Source of the DNA: Fibrobacteria bacterium
GTDB lineage: Bacteria; Fibrobacterota; Fibrobacteria; UBA11236
DNA: 60,480 bases
NCBI GenBank assembly: GCA_050486505.1
Contig: JBJHDK010000007.1
Coordinates: 1-60,480, forward strand
Reading direction: 5' to 3'
Shown here: positions 9,956 through 20,083 of the stretch, in pieces
Layout: every line of letters starts with the position of its first letter
Numbering within the stretch: the stretch's first letter is position 1
Translations under genes and position numbers: made by a program
Notes under the pieces: model-generated
Seen by the model: the letters and a program-made list of their open reading frames with translations, nothing else
Databases searched by the model: none
Told to the model about the DNA's origin: nothing

Positions 9956-11401
9956 CTACCAGGTCGTACCATTCACACGGAACGCCTGCGTACCGCGCGA
10001 CGTGCGGATCTGCACCAGCATGATTCCGGAGTGACGGGGCAACTCGTAGCGAAGATTGCGTCCCGCGTCGCCGGGAATCCGATGGAGGATGCGGCCTTGC
10101 ACGTCACGGATGAAAATCACGTGATCGAGGTCCATCGATCCTTCCAGAATCCCGTTGGCTCCGATGTTCATGTCGTACTGAACCTTGCGATCGCCGGGAG
10201 GATTAAGGGCCGTCGGGATGTAAAGAGGAACTCCCAGAGAGTCGAGTTCACGGATACGGATGTTGCGGTACCAGGTTCCGCGGCCGCCCTGGTTGAGGTT
10301 CACGAAGCGGTTGCCGTTGTGAATCTGAAAACCGATCCAGCTGGCGGGATTCTGCATGGCCTCGTTGGCGGTCAGCACTAGCGAGTCCCGAAGCACGGGA
10401 ACCCACTTCGCCGTATCGCTCACGCCTGGAATGGGAGCCATGTAAGGACCGTCAGGATTCTGCGTGGGGTAATAGATGCGCGTGTAGGTGTACATGCGGA
10501 TCTTGTCACCGGGAAGACTGCGGGACGGCGGCTGGTTGGTGCTGAGACCACCGAAATAAACGATGCGGGCCTGGTTCCATCCGCGCGGATTCCACAGTCG
10601 GCGCAAATCGGCCTGCGTGCACCCCGTGGGAGCGCAGCCGATGTCCGCGGCCTCCGGGTTCGAAGAGTTGGTCTGCGTGCCCCAGTTGCTGGAAGGGCCG
10701 CCGTTTCCGCCGGTTCCCGGAATCTGCACGATGGTGTCTCCGCCCGAATTCGGGAAGGTCGCACCGTTCGCTCCGGTGGTGAAGGGCACGGCTGCCCCCT
10801 GATACGTCCACGGGCGATAGTTTCTGGTACCGCTGCCCCCCCCGAGTTCGCGGGACGGGAAGCCGTTCTCGCTCCAGATTCCGAGAATGGATGAAGCATT
10901 CATGTAATCGAGGACAGTCTGGTTGGCTCGGCCGTTCAGTGTGGTGCGATTGAAAACGCCGCCATCATTCCCGTACTGCGGCCACCAGTCAAAGACGAGT
11001 TCGTAATGCGCGTACTTCTTCTTTGAGGTGAGAAGGCCACCAATGCTCGTGCCCCGCATCATCGAGTAAATCGCCTTGCGCACGGTGTCGACTCGAAAAA
11101 TGCCACCGTTGGGATTGTTGTTGGAGTGGGGGGTCCGGCAGTTGTTCCACCATCCAGTGTAGGAAACACCGTCGAAAATACTGTAGAAACCGTTGGAGTC
11201 GGGTCCAGTGATCAAGTAGTCATTCGTTTCCCAGTACGGAAGCGTCGCCACCGTATCCATCTGATCCGTAGCCGAGGTGTCGATCGAACACGGCAGTTCG
11301 GGAAGAGTCCAGTCGGGATTGAGCTGGGGCTGCGCGGCGACGGCGCCGGCAAACGCCATCACGGCCAAAAGGGATTTCCAGGGGGTTGCTTGCTTCACCA
11401 T
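9956..11401 (-). CDS. Secreted DUF1080 (3-keto-disaccharide hydrolase-like) protein with T9SS-like C-terminal domain
   Basis: Signal peptide; SIFDG..GW, LTSKKKYAHYELVFDW, NDGGVF, WNQARI, IGFQIH, YRNIRIREL; tail IRDVQGRIL...GIMLVQIRTSRG. Confidence 0.75.
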   Translation of the reverse strand: MVKQATPWKSLLAVMAFAGAVAAQPQLNPDWTLPELPCSIDTSATDQMDTVATLPYWETNDYLITGPDSNGFYSIFDGVSYTGWWNNCRTPHSNNNPNGGIFRVDTVRKAIYSMMRGTSIGGLLTSKKKYAHYELVFDWWPQYGNDGGVFNRTTLNGRANQTVLDYMNASSILGIWSENGFPSRELGGGSGTRNYRPWTYQGAAVPFTTGANGATFPNSGGDTIVQIPGTGGNGGPSSNWGTQTNSSNPEAADIGCAPTGCTQADLRRLWNPRGWNQARIVYFGGLSTNQPPSRSLPGDKIRMYTYTRIYYPTQNPDGPYMAPIPGVSDTAKWVPVLRDSLVLTANEAMQNPASWIGFQIHNGNRFVNLNQGGRGTWYRNIRIRELDSLGVPLYIPTALNPPGDRKVQYDMNIGANGILEGSMDLDHVIFIRDVQGRILHRIPGDAGRNLRYELPRHSGIMLVQIRTSRGTQAFRVNGTTW

Positions 11402-11716
11402 GAGGGTCCTCGTTGTCTGGGGCAATACCGTGGGGAGCTCTCCCGCCGGCCGATTTTAAGTCCGCTTAATTTATCGCGAGTGGGTCAAAATGCAAGCGTT
11501 ATTTGTTCTTTGAGTGAACTTGATGCCCTGTTTCATGCACCCGGCGCAACAATTCTACCAGCGCGCGCGATCCTGTCAATCCCCGAACGCAGAATCAACC
11601 GACGAAGCACACCCCCTGCATCCTCCACACGAAGCCGCGGCGGTTTCACCGGGACTGCACCACAGCGACGTTTTTACTACGTTTGCCGCCCCTTCAAACG
11701 CCCGCAAGGACCTTCC

Positions 11717-13522
11717 ATGGACAGCTCGAAAATTCGCAACGTGGCCATCATCGCGCACGTGGACCACGGCAAAACCACCTTGGTGGACGGCCTCCTCAAG
11801 CAGAGCGGCGCCTTCCGTGAAAACCAGGTCGTCAGCGAACGCGTCATGGATTCAAACGACCAGGAGCGCGAGCGCGGAATCACCATTTTCTCCAAAAACG
11901 CCTCCGCGGTGTACAAGGATCACCTGATCAATATCGTGGATACCCCGGGCCACGCCGACTTCGGCGGCCAGGTGGAGCGCGTGCTCGGCACGGTGGACGG
12001 TGCCCTCCTCATCGTAGACGCCTTTGAGGGCCCCATGGCCCAAACCCGCTTCGTGACCAAGAAGGCGCTCGAGCTCGGCCTCACCATCGCCGTGGTCATC
12101 AACAAGATCGATCGCCCCGGCTGCGAGCCCATGAAAGCCCTCGACAAGGTTTTCGACCTCTTCGTCGATCTCGGCGCTTCAGACGAGCAGCTCGATTTCA
12201 AGTACGTCTTCGCCGCCGGCAGAAACGGCACCAGCCGCCGCAAGCTCGAGGACGAAGACTCCAACTTCGTGCCCATTTTCGACCTGATCGTGGACACCAT
12301 TCCCGCCCCCACGGTAGGCGCGATCAACGCTCCCGCACTGCTGCAAATCACCAGCCTCGATTTCCAGGAGTTCCTGGGACGCATGGCCGTGGGTCGCCTG
12401 CGCCAGGGAACCCTCAAGATGAACCAGACCGTCACGCACATCAATGCGGCGGGGCAATCGAAGAAAGTCCGCATCACCAAAATTCTCTACCCCGAGGGGG
12501 TCAAGCTCAAGGAAATCCCCGAAGCCATCGCGGGCCAGATCGTCTGCCTGTGCGGCATTCCCGAATTCACCCTGGGCGACACCATCTCCGCCGACGAAAA
12601 CCCTGTCGCCCTGCCGCGCATCGCCGTGGATCCTCCCACGATCGCCATGCGCTTCTGGGTGAACGACTCCCCCTTCTGCGGCCTCGACGGCGGCAAGTTC
12701 CTCACCGCCAACCACATCGCCGAACGCCTGGAGCGCGAGGCCGTGTCGGACGTCGCCCTGCACGTGCAGAAGCTCGAGGACGGCGGCTACCGCGTTGCCG
12801 GCCGCGGCGTGCTGCACCTCTCCGTCATCATCGAAAAGATGCGCCGCGAGGGTTACGAATTCACGGTGGGGCGCCCGCGCGTTCTCACACAGGAAATCGA
12901 CGGCACGGAGATGGAGCCGATCGAGACCATCACCGTGCACGCCCCGCAGGATTACTCCGGCATGGTGATCGACGAAATCAACAAGCGTCGCGGCGAAATG
13001 CTCGACATGACGCTCGAAGGCGCCATGACGCGCGTGGTATTCGACATCCCCGCGCGTGGCATCATCGGCCTGCGTACGCGCCTGCTCTCACTGAGCAAGG
13101 GGTACGCGGTGTTCCAGCAGCTTTTCAAGGGCTACGAGCCGCTCAAGGGCCACATCGAGCAGCGGCCCACCGGGGCCCTCATCTCGAAGGAACGCGGCAC
13201 ATCCGCGGCCTATGCGCTCTGGAAGCTTGAGGAACGCGGCGTGATGTTCATCGGCGCGGGCACCGAGGTGTACCCCGGCATGGTCGTGGGCGAGAACAAC
13301 CGCGCCGACGACCTGGTCATCAACGTGATCAAGGGCAAGCAGCTCACCAACATGCGTACCACGTCCGCGGACGAGGCCACCACGCTCACCCCGCATCGCC
13401 AGATGTCGCTCGAGGAGTGTCTCGAATTCATCAACGATGACGAGTGCGTGGAGTGCACCCCCAAGAACATGCGCCTGCGCAAGATCCTGCTCGACGAGAA
13501 CGCGCGCAAGCGGGCGGGGTGA
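11717..13522 (+). CDS. typA: Translational GTPase TypA/BipA
   Basis: [51 protein letters not shown]. Confidence 0.98.
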   Translation: MDSSKIRNVAIIAHVDHGKTTLVDGLLKQSGAFRENQVVSERVMDSNDQERERGITIFSKNASAVYKDHLINIVDTPGHADFGGQVERVLGTVDGALLIVDAFEGPMAQTRFVTKKALELGLTIAVVINKIDRPGCEPMKALDKVFDLFVDLGASDEQLDFKYVFAAGRNGTSRRKLEDEDSNFVPIFDLIVDTIPAPTVGAINAPALLQITSLDFQEFLGRMAVGRLRQGTLKMNQTVTHINAAGQSKKVRITKILYPEGVKLKEIPEAIAGQIVCLCGIPEFTLGDTISADENPVALPRIAVDPPTIAMRFWVNDSPFCGLDGGKFLTANHIAERLEREAVSDVALHVQKLEDGGYRVAGRGVLHLSVIIEKMRREGYEFTVGRPRVLTQEIDGTEMEPIETITVHAPQDYSGMVIDEINKRRGEMLDMTLEGAMTRVVFDIPARGIIGLRTRLLSLSKGYAVFQQLFKGYEPLKGHIEQRPTGALISKERGTSAAYALWKLEERGVMFIGAGTEVYPGMVVGENNRADDLVINVIKGKQLTNMRTTSADEATTLTPHRQMSLEECLEFINDDECVECTPKNMRLRKILLDENARKRAG

Positions 13523-13528
13523 CCCCCC

Positions 13529-13987
13529 ATGCTTCGCGGCCCCGTTCTCGGTCTCGACTTCGGCGAGCGGCGCATCGGCGTCGCCGTCTCGGATCCCGAA
13601 CGCATGATCGCCACGGGGCTTGACACCATCGATCGCCGCAAGACACCCGATCACTTCGCGGAATTGGACAACTGGATCCGGCGCAGGGGCGTGACCGCCA
13701 TTGTCGTGGGGTACCCGGAACGCACTGACGGCATCGTGAGGCCCGGGGGAAAGACCGAGGCCGTGGATGCCTTCGCGGCGGCGCTGCGACAGCGCTTCGG
13801 CCTGCCCGTGCACCTGCAGGACGAGGCCTTCACCAGTTCCATCGCCGCGGAGGTCCTGCGAGGACGCAAGCCCTCGCGCCGCCCCAAGACACCGCGCGAC
13901 TGGGCTCGCGAGAAAGCAGAGATCGACCGTGTCGCCGCCGCACGCATCCTCCAGGACTGGCTCGATGCCGGAGCCCCGCCCCGATGA
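13529..13987 (+). CDS. ruvX: Holliday junction resolvase-like RuvX/YqgF
   Basis: LGLDFGERRIGVAVSD, VVGYP, QDEAFTS, IDRVAAARILQDWL. Confidence 0.93.
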   Translation: MLRGPVLGLDFGERRIGVAVSDPERMIATGLDTIDRRKTPDHFAELDNWIRRRGVTAIVVGYPERTDGIVRPGGKTEAVDAFAAALRQRFGLPVHLQDEAFTSSIAAEVLRGRKPSRRPKTPRDWAREKAEIDRVAAARILQDWLDAGAPPR

Positions 13988-14412
13988 TGCGCGTCTCCCC
14001 CTGCGCGTGGTACTGCTTCGAGGTCGATGATCGCGAGGAGTGGCGCGTCGAGGACAAGGCCGATCACACCATCCTCGCCTCGCCCGACGGCTCCTGCTCG
14101 ATCGAAATCACGGCCGCCCGCCGCACAGGACCCGCGGACGAAAGCGAGATCGCGGGAATCCACGAGCGCTACCTGCTCGATGAAGGGATCCAGGCCCTGA
14201 AAACCGCATTGGCGGAAAATCCGCATCGCATCACCGCCTACGTCACGCGCGGACTGGGCATCGACGAGAGAGAACACATCGTGTGCCACGCATGGTGGAA
14301 AAACTATTGCGCGTTCATCCAGTACCGGGGCCGACGCGAAAATTCAAGCCGATCGCGCATTCAGACATTCTACGACCTGGTCGACTCCCTGCAACCGCTG
14401 GTGGTGGAGTGA
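13984..14412 (+). CDS. Hypothetical protein (DUF3805-like N-terminus)
   Basis: ATGA-coupled to ruvX; SPCAWYCFE..EW..ED resembles DUF3805 by eye. Confidence 0.6.
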   Translation: MMRVSPCAWYCFEVDDREEWRVEDKADHTILASPDGSCSIEITAARRTGPADESEIAGIHERYLLDEGIQALKTALAENPHRITAYVTRGLGIDEREHIVCHAWWKNYCAFIQYRGRRENSSRSRIQTFYDLVDSLQPLVVE

Positions 14413-14418
14413 GAGGGA

Positions 14419-14553
14419 CAACAGAACAGTAAAGCTATAGAGCAATAGAACAATACAGCAGTACAGCAGTACAGCAATAGAACACAAGCGGGAAAGGCCA
14501 AGGAACTGCGTGTCTTTATTGTTGTACTGCTGTATTGCTGGACTGTTCTACTG
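14419..14553. repeat. Inverted arrays of 8-bp CARTASAR units
   Basis: 8 forward units 14419-14482 and 5 reverse-complement units 14514-14553. Confidence 0.85.
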
Positions 14554-14559
14554 AAGCCA

Positions 14560-15738
14560 TCACTGATACAACCATAAATTTTCCCTGAGGAACGTCTGCT
14601 GCTGTCCAGTCAGCACGCGCTGGTTTTGCGGCGCCCCGCAAGCGTACGGGAACATCAGGTTGGTCACCGCCGCGCAAACGTTCTCGGACGGGCAGGTGGT
14701 CGCCACGCGAAGACAATACATCGTTCCTTCAGGGCCGATCGCATCGACATGCGGGGTCGCCATCGGCTTGGCCAACAACTGACATTCGGCTGTGGACGTA
14801 AAGCCGTCGAAGCGGTTGCTGAAATCGCGATCCTGCTGCAAATCCAGTTCGGTCGAGGTGGTGTGACGCAGGCCCAGGAAATGTCCGAGCTCGTGCGCGG
14901 CGGTCGTCGCCACGTCCACGGGCCCGCCCCCCTGGGCGCTGAGCAGAATGCGGCTCGTGGGGTGCGCATCGAGATCGAACGCCTCGCGGGGCGCGAATCC
15001 GAGAATCTCCTGGTTGACGTCGCCGTTCTCGACGAAGATGCTGTTGACCAGGTACATGTGCACCGTGTTGGATTCACGCATTCCGGGAAGCGCCGCGTTC
15101 GAGAAGAAGTCGTATGCGATCGGGGGCCCTTCGGCGAGAATCTGCGATACCGTGTCGATGACGATCCCGTAAACGTCGAAGATGTCCCTCAACTCCGCGT
15201 GAAAGGCCTGGACGAAGGCGTTGCGCGAGGAGGCCGTGGGAAGGGATTCGATGCCGCCCGCGATGATGAGCTTGACCCGGAGGGAATCCGACAGCGCGGG
15301 CGGTTCTCCCGCGGGAAACAGGCGCACGCGCGCAGGCCGCTGTGCGGGAGTGCCGAAAGACGTGCGCAAAAAGACCAGATGGCGCGCGTACGTCGTGCGC
15401 GAAGAGGAAAGCGGGAACTCGAGAACTCCCCCTGCAGCGACCCCTTCGATGCCGTCCTCGACCCGCGAGAATACGGAGCCGCTTTCGACGTAAAGCGAAA
15501 GCCTCGACTCCGAATCGGGCGTCTGAATGCGAAGCACGTAGTCCTTGCCGGGCTGCATGATGAATGAGACGCCGCGCCCCAGGATGGCGGACCGCAGGGA
15601 ATCGTTGACCGCAACGTCGTTGACGAACATGCGACGGGGATTGGCGCTGCTGTTCCCGCCCATGTCGACGAGGGAACCGCACCCCCCGAGCAGGGAGCAT
15701 AAAAAGGCTGCCCCCCATTTCACTCGTCTTGAACTCAT
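14560..15738 (-). CDS. Lipoprotein metzincin zinc metalloprotease (M43-like)
   Basis: Lipobox LLGGC; AHELGHFLGLRH (HExxHxxGxxH); Met-turn NLMFPY. Confidence 0.8.
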   Translation of the reverse strand: MSSRRVKWGAAFLCSLLGGCGSLVDMGGNSSANPRRMFVNDVAVNDSLRSAILGRGVSFIMQPGKDYVLRIQTPDSESRLSLYVESGSVFSRVEDGIEGVAAGGVLEFPLSSSRTTYARHLVFLRTSFGTPAQRPARVRLFPAGEPPALSDSLRVKLIIAGGIESLPTASSRNAFVQAFHAELRDIFDVYGIVIDTVSQILAEGPPIAYDFFSNAALPGMRESNTVHMYLVNSIFVENGDVNQEILGFAPREAFDLDAHPTSRILLSAQGGGPVDVATTAAHELGHFLGLRHTTSTELDLQQDRDFSNRFDGFTSTAECQLLAKPMATPHVDAIGPEGTMYCLRVATTCPSENVCAAVTNLMFPYACGAPQNQRVLTGQQQTFLRENLWLYQ

Positions 15739-16268
15739 CGGCGCATCTCCGCTTTCAGTTTCTGGCGAATCACGCCCAGAATTTTGTCGTATCGTCCGGC
15801 CCTGAAGTCGGGGAAAGTCCACGGGACGGGCGTGAACACGCCGCCGGAATACCCCGAAATCATGTCGGCCCAAACACCTTCGCCAATGTACAACTTGCGG
15901 GGACCCGGCTTGCATGAGGCGAGAACCAGCTTGTCGGGATCAAGATACCCGGGGTCAAGATTGAAGGGTCGCCTGCCGTCGCGCGTCGCTTGCGCCTCCA
16001 GCGCCGCCGTCGCGTGCTTCCACGCCGCGAGGCCGGCAGGGTCCGCGAGCCCGCGAAAGGAGAGCCAGCCGCGGTACAGTGGTTTCCCGAACTCCGCGTC
16101 GTAGTAACCCGCTTCAAATGGCACGAAGGGAGAACGATAGTCGATCTGACCGAAGACGCTCTCGGCCGCGGCGCATAGCCCCGGCTGCCAGCGCGGCTGC
16201 GGCAAGAGCACCGAAAGCACGCGTTTGCAGGGTGGGAAGGGGGCTTCGGAAGGTGCTTCGTGGCTCAT
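15735..16268 (-). CDS. DUF4416 family protein
   Basis: YYDAEFG..L.R, NLDPGYL...LVLAS.K, WTFPDF. Confidence 0.85.
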   Translation of the reverse strand: MSHEAPSEAPFPPCKRVLSVLLPQPRWQPGLCAAAESVFGQIDYRSPFVPFEAGYYDAEFGKPLYRGWLSFRGLADPAGLAAWKHATAALEAQATRDGRRPFNLDPGYLDPDKLVLASCKPGPRKLYIGEGVWADMISGYSGGVFTPVPWTFPDFRAGRYDKILGVIRQKLKAEMRR

Positions 16269-16542
16269 TCAGGCGTGCAACGGTAGATTTTATCTCCCGG
16301 CCCCGAAACATGCGGCCGCGCCGCGAGCGCGACCGCCCGCGCCACATCTCTTTAAGCGACAACGGGTTGCGCCCGAGGCAAGACTCCCGGCGGACCGTGA
16401 CATGCCTGAAAGCCCCTGTTCATGGGGCTGAAAACACTGTCGAATTCCGAAAAACCTCTCGCATCAAATGCCGGAGCGACTTAGATTAAGGGCGCCGAAA
16501 GGCCGGGACTCGCGTCCCGCCACACCCAAGAAAGGACACTGC

Positions 16543-16839
16543 ATGGCAGACAAGAGCCTCACTCAGAGCGAAATCGTGACGCAACTCGCGAAAGTCAACG
16601 ACCTCACCAAGGTTCAGGTTCGCGGATTCCTCGAAAGCCTCGCCAAGATGGCTTACAAGAACGCCAAGAACGGCTTCACGCTTCCCGGTCTGGGCAAGCT
16701 GGTGCTCGTGAACCGCAAGGCGCGCACGGGCCGCAACCCCGCCACCGGCGCGACGATCAAGATCCCCGCGAAGAAAGTGGTGAAGTTCCGCGTGGCCAAG
16801 GCCGCGAAGGACGCGATCGCCGGCGCGAAGAAGAAGTAA
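16543..16839 (+). CDS. hup: HU family DNA-binding protein
   Basis: FTLPGLGKL, RKARTGRNPATGATIKIPAKKVVKFR; AAAGGA RBS. Confidence 0.95.
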   Translation: MADKSLTQSEIVTQLAKVNDLTKVQVRGFLESLAKMAYKNAKNGFTLPGLGKLVLVNRKARTGRNPATGATIKIPAKKVVKFRVAKAAKDAIAGAKKK

Positions 16840-16860
16840 ACCCTCCTCGCGGAGGCGTGG

Positions 16861-16890
16861 AAAGACGGGCTCCGGCCCGTCTTTTTTTTT
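16861..16890 (+). terminator. Intrinsic terminator after HU
   Basis: AAAGACGGGC-TCCG-GCCCGTC followed by a T9 run. Confidence 0.9.
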
Positions 16891-16955
16891 GCCCGCGAGC
16901 GGCATCGGTGACGGCGGTCACGCCTGAAAAATCCCGTCGGCGGTATCATCCCTGC

Positions 16956-19343
16956 ATGCCCGCGCCCGTTCCACGCCCCCTCCCCTTCCCCGCTCCCGTG
17001 GACTCAGCGCGGCGCGCGTGGCTGAGGCTGCGCGGGCACGCGGAACTGCACCGCGGCCTTTGGGTCTCCGCGCCGGCGCTGTGGGGGGCGTTCTCCGTCT
17101 TCGTGAACCCCGTTTTCGGCGCGGCCGGATTCCTGGTCCACGTCTTCCTCTGCCTTCCTCGCCGCCCGGTCGCCGCGATCGTGCTGTTGCTCTCGGGCCC
17201 GCTCGTTGCGCTGTGGTTCGCGCACCGCGCGCCGCTGCTGACGCTTCCGCACATCCCATTCCACAGCACCTTCACGGAAGACTCCGTCATTGCACCCCGC
17301 ACGGGCGTCGTCGCAAGCCTCCCGTCGCACGGCGCATCGAGCGCAAGCTTTCTGCTGCGCCTCCGCGACCCGGGCGGAACCTTGTTGCGCATCACCGTGT
17401 CCGATGGCATCGCACCGCCATGGGGAGCGACCGTGCGCGTCACCGGGCGCGCCATCCTGCCGGCTCCCGCATTGAATCCCGGCCAGCTCGACATGAGGCG
17501 TGTCTTGCGCTCGCAGGGCGCCGTCGCCCAGGTACGGACTGAATCCGTGGAAACTCTAAACCCTCCCCCCGTCTGGAAGAGCGGCCTCATGCGTGCACGG
17601 ACCCGGCTCGAAGCGAGCTTCGAGCGCAACGTGCCCTCTGCCTCGAGGCATCTTCTGGAGGCGGCCTTGCTCAACAAGACCCATGGCGTCCCGGAAGCGA
17701 CGCGGGACGCCTTCCTGCATGCGGGCATGCGCCACATCCTCGCCATCAGCGGGCTGCACATCGGGTTGATCACCGCCTTCCTGCTGTTTCTCTTCCGCCT
17801 CGTGCGCCTGCCCCGCAAGGCGGCCTGGATTGCCGCCGGCGTCCTCGCGGCGGCCTATATCCCCTTGGTCGGGGCCCCGGTCAGCGCCGTGCGCGCCGGG
17901 CTCATGCTGGGGTTTCTCATTCCCGCGGTCCTGCGCGAACGACCGGCTTCCGCGCTGCATTTCCTCTGTCTCACGCTCATGCTCGATCTCGCCCTTGATC
18001 CTCACAACATCCTGCACCTCGGATTCCAGCTTTCCTATGCCGCCACGCTCGGGATCATCCTGGGGGCCGGCCCGGGATCCGCCCTCGCGAAAAAGGTGCG
18101 TGCCCGTCACCCGCTGTCCTCCGCCTGCGTGCAGATGGCCTTTCTCGGCCTCGTGGTCTTTCTTTTCACCTTTGCCCCCCTGGCCGCCTCCACGCATGCG
18201 GTCACCCCCTGGAGTTTCCTCGGCAACGTGGTCGCCATGCCGATCGGCAGTGCCATGATCACCGCCGGGCTGTGCACGTGGACCCTCGACCTGCTGTCGC
18301 CCCCCGGATTCGATGCTCCCGCCGCTCTCGCGGGGCGAGCGGCGGGTCTTCTCGCCCTTGCCCTGGAAGCCTGCGTCTTCACGCTCGCGCAACTGCCCGG
18401 ATCCCTGCGCGCGCTGCCCGCCCCATCGCCGGTTTGGTTGGCGGCATGGGCGGCGGCAACCCTCGTAATCACCGCCCTCCTTCGCGCGGACAGGTTCCGG
18501 CTTGGCAGCCTCGCCCTGCTGGTGCTGCTGGCGGCCGAGTGGGTCCGCCCCCACGCATCGAAACCCGGGACCGGCGAAGCGCGCGCGACCTTCCTGGCGG
18601 TGGGGCACGGCGACGCCATCGTCGTGGAGCTGCCAGGCCGCACCGTACTCATCGACGCGGGAGACTCGCCCCGCACGGGGAGGCATGTCGTTCTCCCCTA
18701 TCTTCGCGCGCGCGGAATCCGCCGGATCGACGCGATCATCATCACCCACCCGCACCTCGATCACTACGGAGGCGTGTCCGGTCTCGTCGGGCGCATTCCG
18801 ATCGGCATGATCCTCTCGACCGCCGATCCCGATGCGCCCGGAGTGACCTGGCGCTGCCTGCGCGACCTGATCCGCGACCACGACATCCCCTGGATCGAAG
18901 GCCGCGCGGGCATGCGGATCCACGGCTCCCGCTCCGTCTTCCTTCACCTGATCGCTCCGGATGCCGGGATGTCGCGCGCAGGCCTGAACGACCGATCCCT
19001 AGTCGCATTGCTGCGAACACCCGGCGGCGACCTGCTCTTCACAGGGGATCTCGAAGCCCAAGGGCAGCGCGCGCTTGGGGAAACATGGCCCCTGTGGCGG
19101 GGTGCATGGTTGAAGGCCCCGCACCACGGGAGCGACCGCACGACCCTGAGCTGCTTTACGGAGGCCGTCACCCCTCCGGGCAGCGTGATTTCCGCCGGAA
19201 CGCGCCGAGGATTGCCGGGACCGCGCACCCGGACGGAGCTGGAACGGGACGGGGTTCCCCCCGCCCTCACCTCGCGGGACGGGGCCGTCACCTGGGGCTT
19301 CCGGCGCTCCGGGGTGCGAACATCGGCCTTCCTCGGGATGTAA
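16956..19343 (+). CDS. comEC: DNA uptake channel ComEC/Rec2 with metallo-beta-lactamase domain
   Basis: HILAISGLHIG, SAVRAG, GFQLSY, VGHGDA, THPHLDHYGG, LFTGD, APHHGS. Confidence 0.92.
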   Translation: MPAPVPRPLPFPAPVDSARRAWLRLRGHAELHRGLWVSAPALWGAFSVFVNPVFGAAGFLVHVFLCLPRRPVAAIVLLLSGPLVALWFAHRAPLLTLPHIPFHSTFTEDSVIAPRTGVVASLPSHGASSASFLLRLRDPGGTLLRITVSDGIAPPWGATVRVTGRAILPAPALNPGQLDMRRVLRSQGAVAQVRTESVETLNPPPVWKSGLMRARTRLEASFERNVPSASRHLLEAALLNKTHGVPEATRDAFLHAGMRHILAISGLHIGLITAFLLFLFRLVRLPRKAAWIAAGVLAAAYIPLVGAPVSAVRAGLMLGFLIPAVLRERPASALHFLCLTLMLDLALDPHNILHLGFQLSYAATLGIILGAGPGSALAKKVRARHPLSSACVQMAFLGLVVFLFTFAPLAASTHAVTPWSFLGNVVAMPIGSAMITAGLCTWTLDLLSPPGFDAPAALAGRAAGLLALALEACVFTLAQLPGSLRALPAPSPVWLAAWAAATLVITALLRADRFRLGSLALLVLLAAEWVRPHASKPGTGEARATFLAVGHGDAIVVELPGRTVLIDAGDSPRTGRHVVLPYLRARGIRRIDAIIITHPHLDHYGGVSGLVGRIPIGMILSTADPDAPGVTWRCLRDLIRDHDIPWIEGRAGMRIHGSRSVFLHLIAPDAGMSRAGLNDRSLVALLRTPGGDLLFTGDLEAQGQRALGETWPLWRGAWLKAPHHGSDRTTLSCFTEAVTPPGSVISAGTRRGLPGPRTRTELERDGVPPALTSRDGAVTWGFRRSGVRTSAFLGM

Positions 19344-19357
19344 ATTTGGGGCCCGCC

Positions 19358-19909
19358 ATGCACGAACATTTTCAGGATCCCCAGGGCGCCGACCCGGAAC
19401 GGCTGCGTCGCGTCTTCGAGCGCACCGAGGTGAGGCGCGCACCCATCACCGGCATCGTCGAGGGCTATCACACCCTGCCCTTTTTACTCGTCGGTCCCGA
19501 TCACGGGGACGATGAGGCCGATCCCTCCGATGCCGGGGGCGCGGCGCGGGGAAGCGTGCTGCTCACGGGCAAGATCTCGGTGAGCCCGAAGCTGGTGATT
19601 CCGGTTTCGGCCGTGGCGGAACGTTTCGCCGATGCCTTTCCCGAAGCCGAGCCCTTCATGGACCGCGCGCTGACGGGGCGGGTCTTCGCCTTCGCGACCG
19701 GTCGAGGCAAGCACCTGCGCGTGCGCAACGAGCACCTGAACGTGGAGACCTTCGCCGACTCCGACGCGCTCGTGCTGGAGCGCGTGCTCGACGATCTCGA
19801 TCGCGGCGAAATCATCGACCACGCGGTGATCTGGTGCCCCGAGCCCCGCCTGTACCCGGTCAGCCTTGAGAAATTCATTCTCTCCGTGCTCGACCGCGAA
19901 CTGCGGTAG
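19358..19909 (+). CDS. Hypothetical protein
   Basis: ATG 14 nt after the comEC stop; normal amino-acid composition from MHEHFQ; family not recognised. Confidence 0.7.
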   Translation: MHEHFQDPQGADPERLRRVFERTEVRRAPITGIVEGYHTLPFLLVGPDHGDDEADPSDAGGAARGSVLLTGKISVSPKLVIPVSAVAERFADAFPEAEPFMDRALTGRVFAFATGRGKHLRVRNEHLNVETFADSDALVLERVLDDLDRGEIIDHAVIWCPEPRLYPVSLEKFILSVLDRELR

Positions 19910-19986
19910 CACTCCCCTGCATGGGATGACGCGACCCCTCCGGAGGGCGGGCCGCGCGGATCCCTCCGAATTCCCCGGCATCGCGG

Positions 19987-20023
19987 ATTTTACGAACGTT
20001 CGAATTTTACGAACGCTTTTTTT
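19987..20023. promoter_or_regulatory. Candidate operator upstream of TIGR02147 gene 1
   Basis: Palindrome CGAACGTTCG 19993-20002; ATTTTACGAACG repeated at 17-bp period; T-tract; same layout at 22363-22393. Confidence 0.6.
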
Positions 20024-20083
20024 CCGGAACCGCAACCCGGGCGGCCGTCGCGGCGGTATGATGCATGAATCACCGGACGCCGC

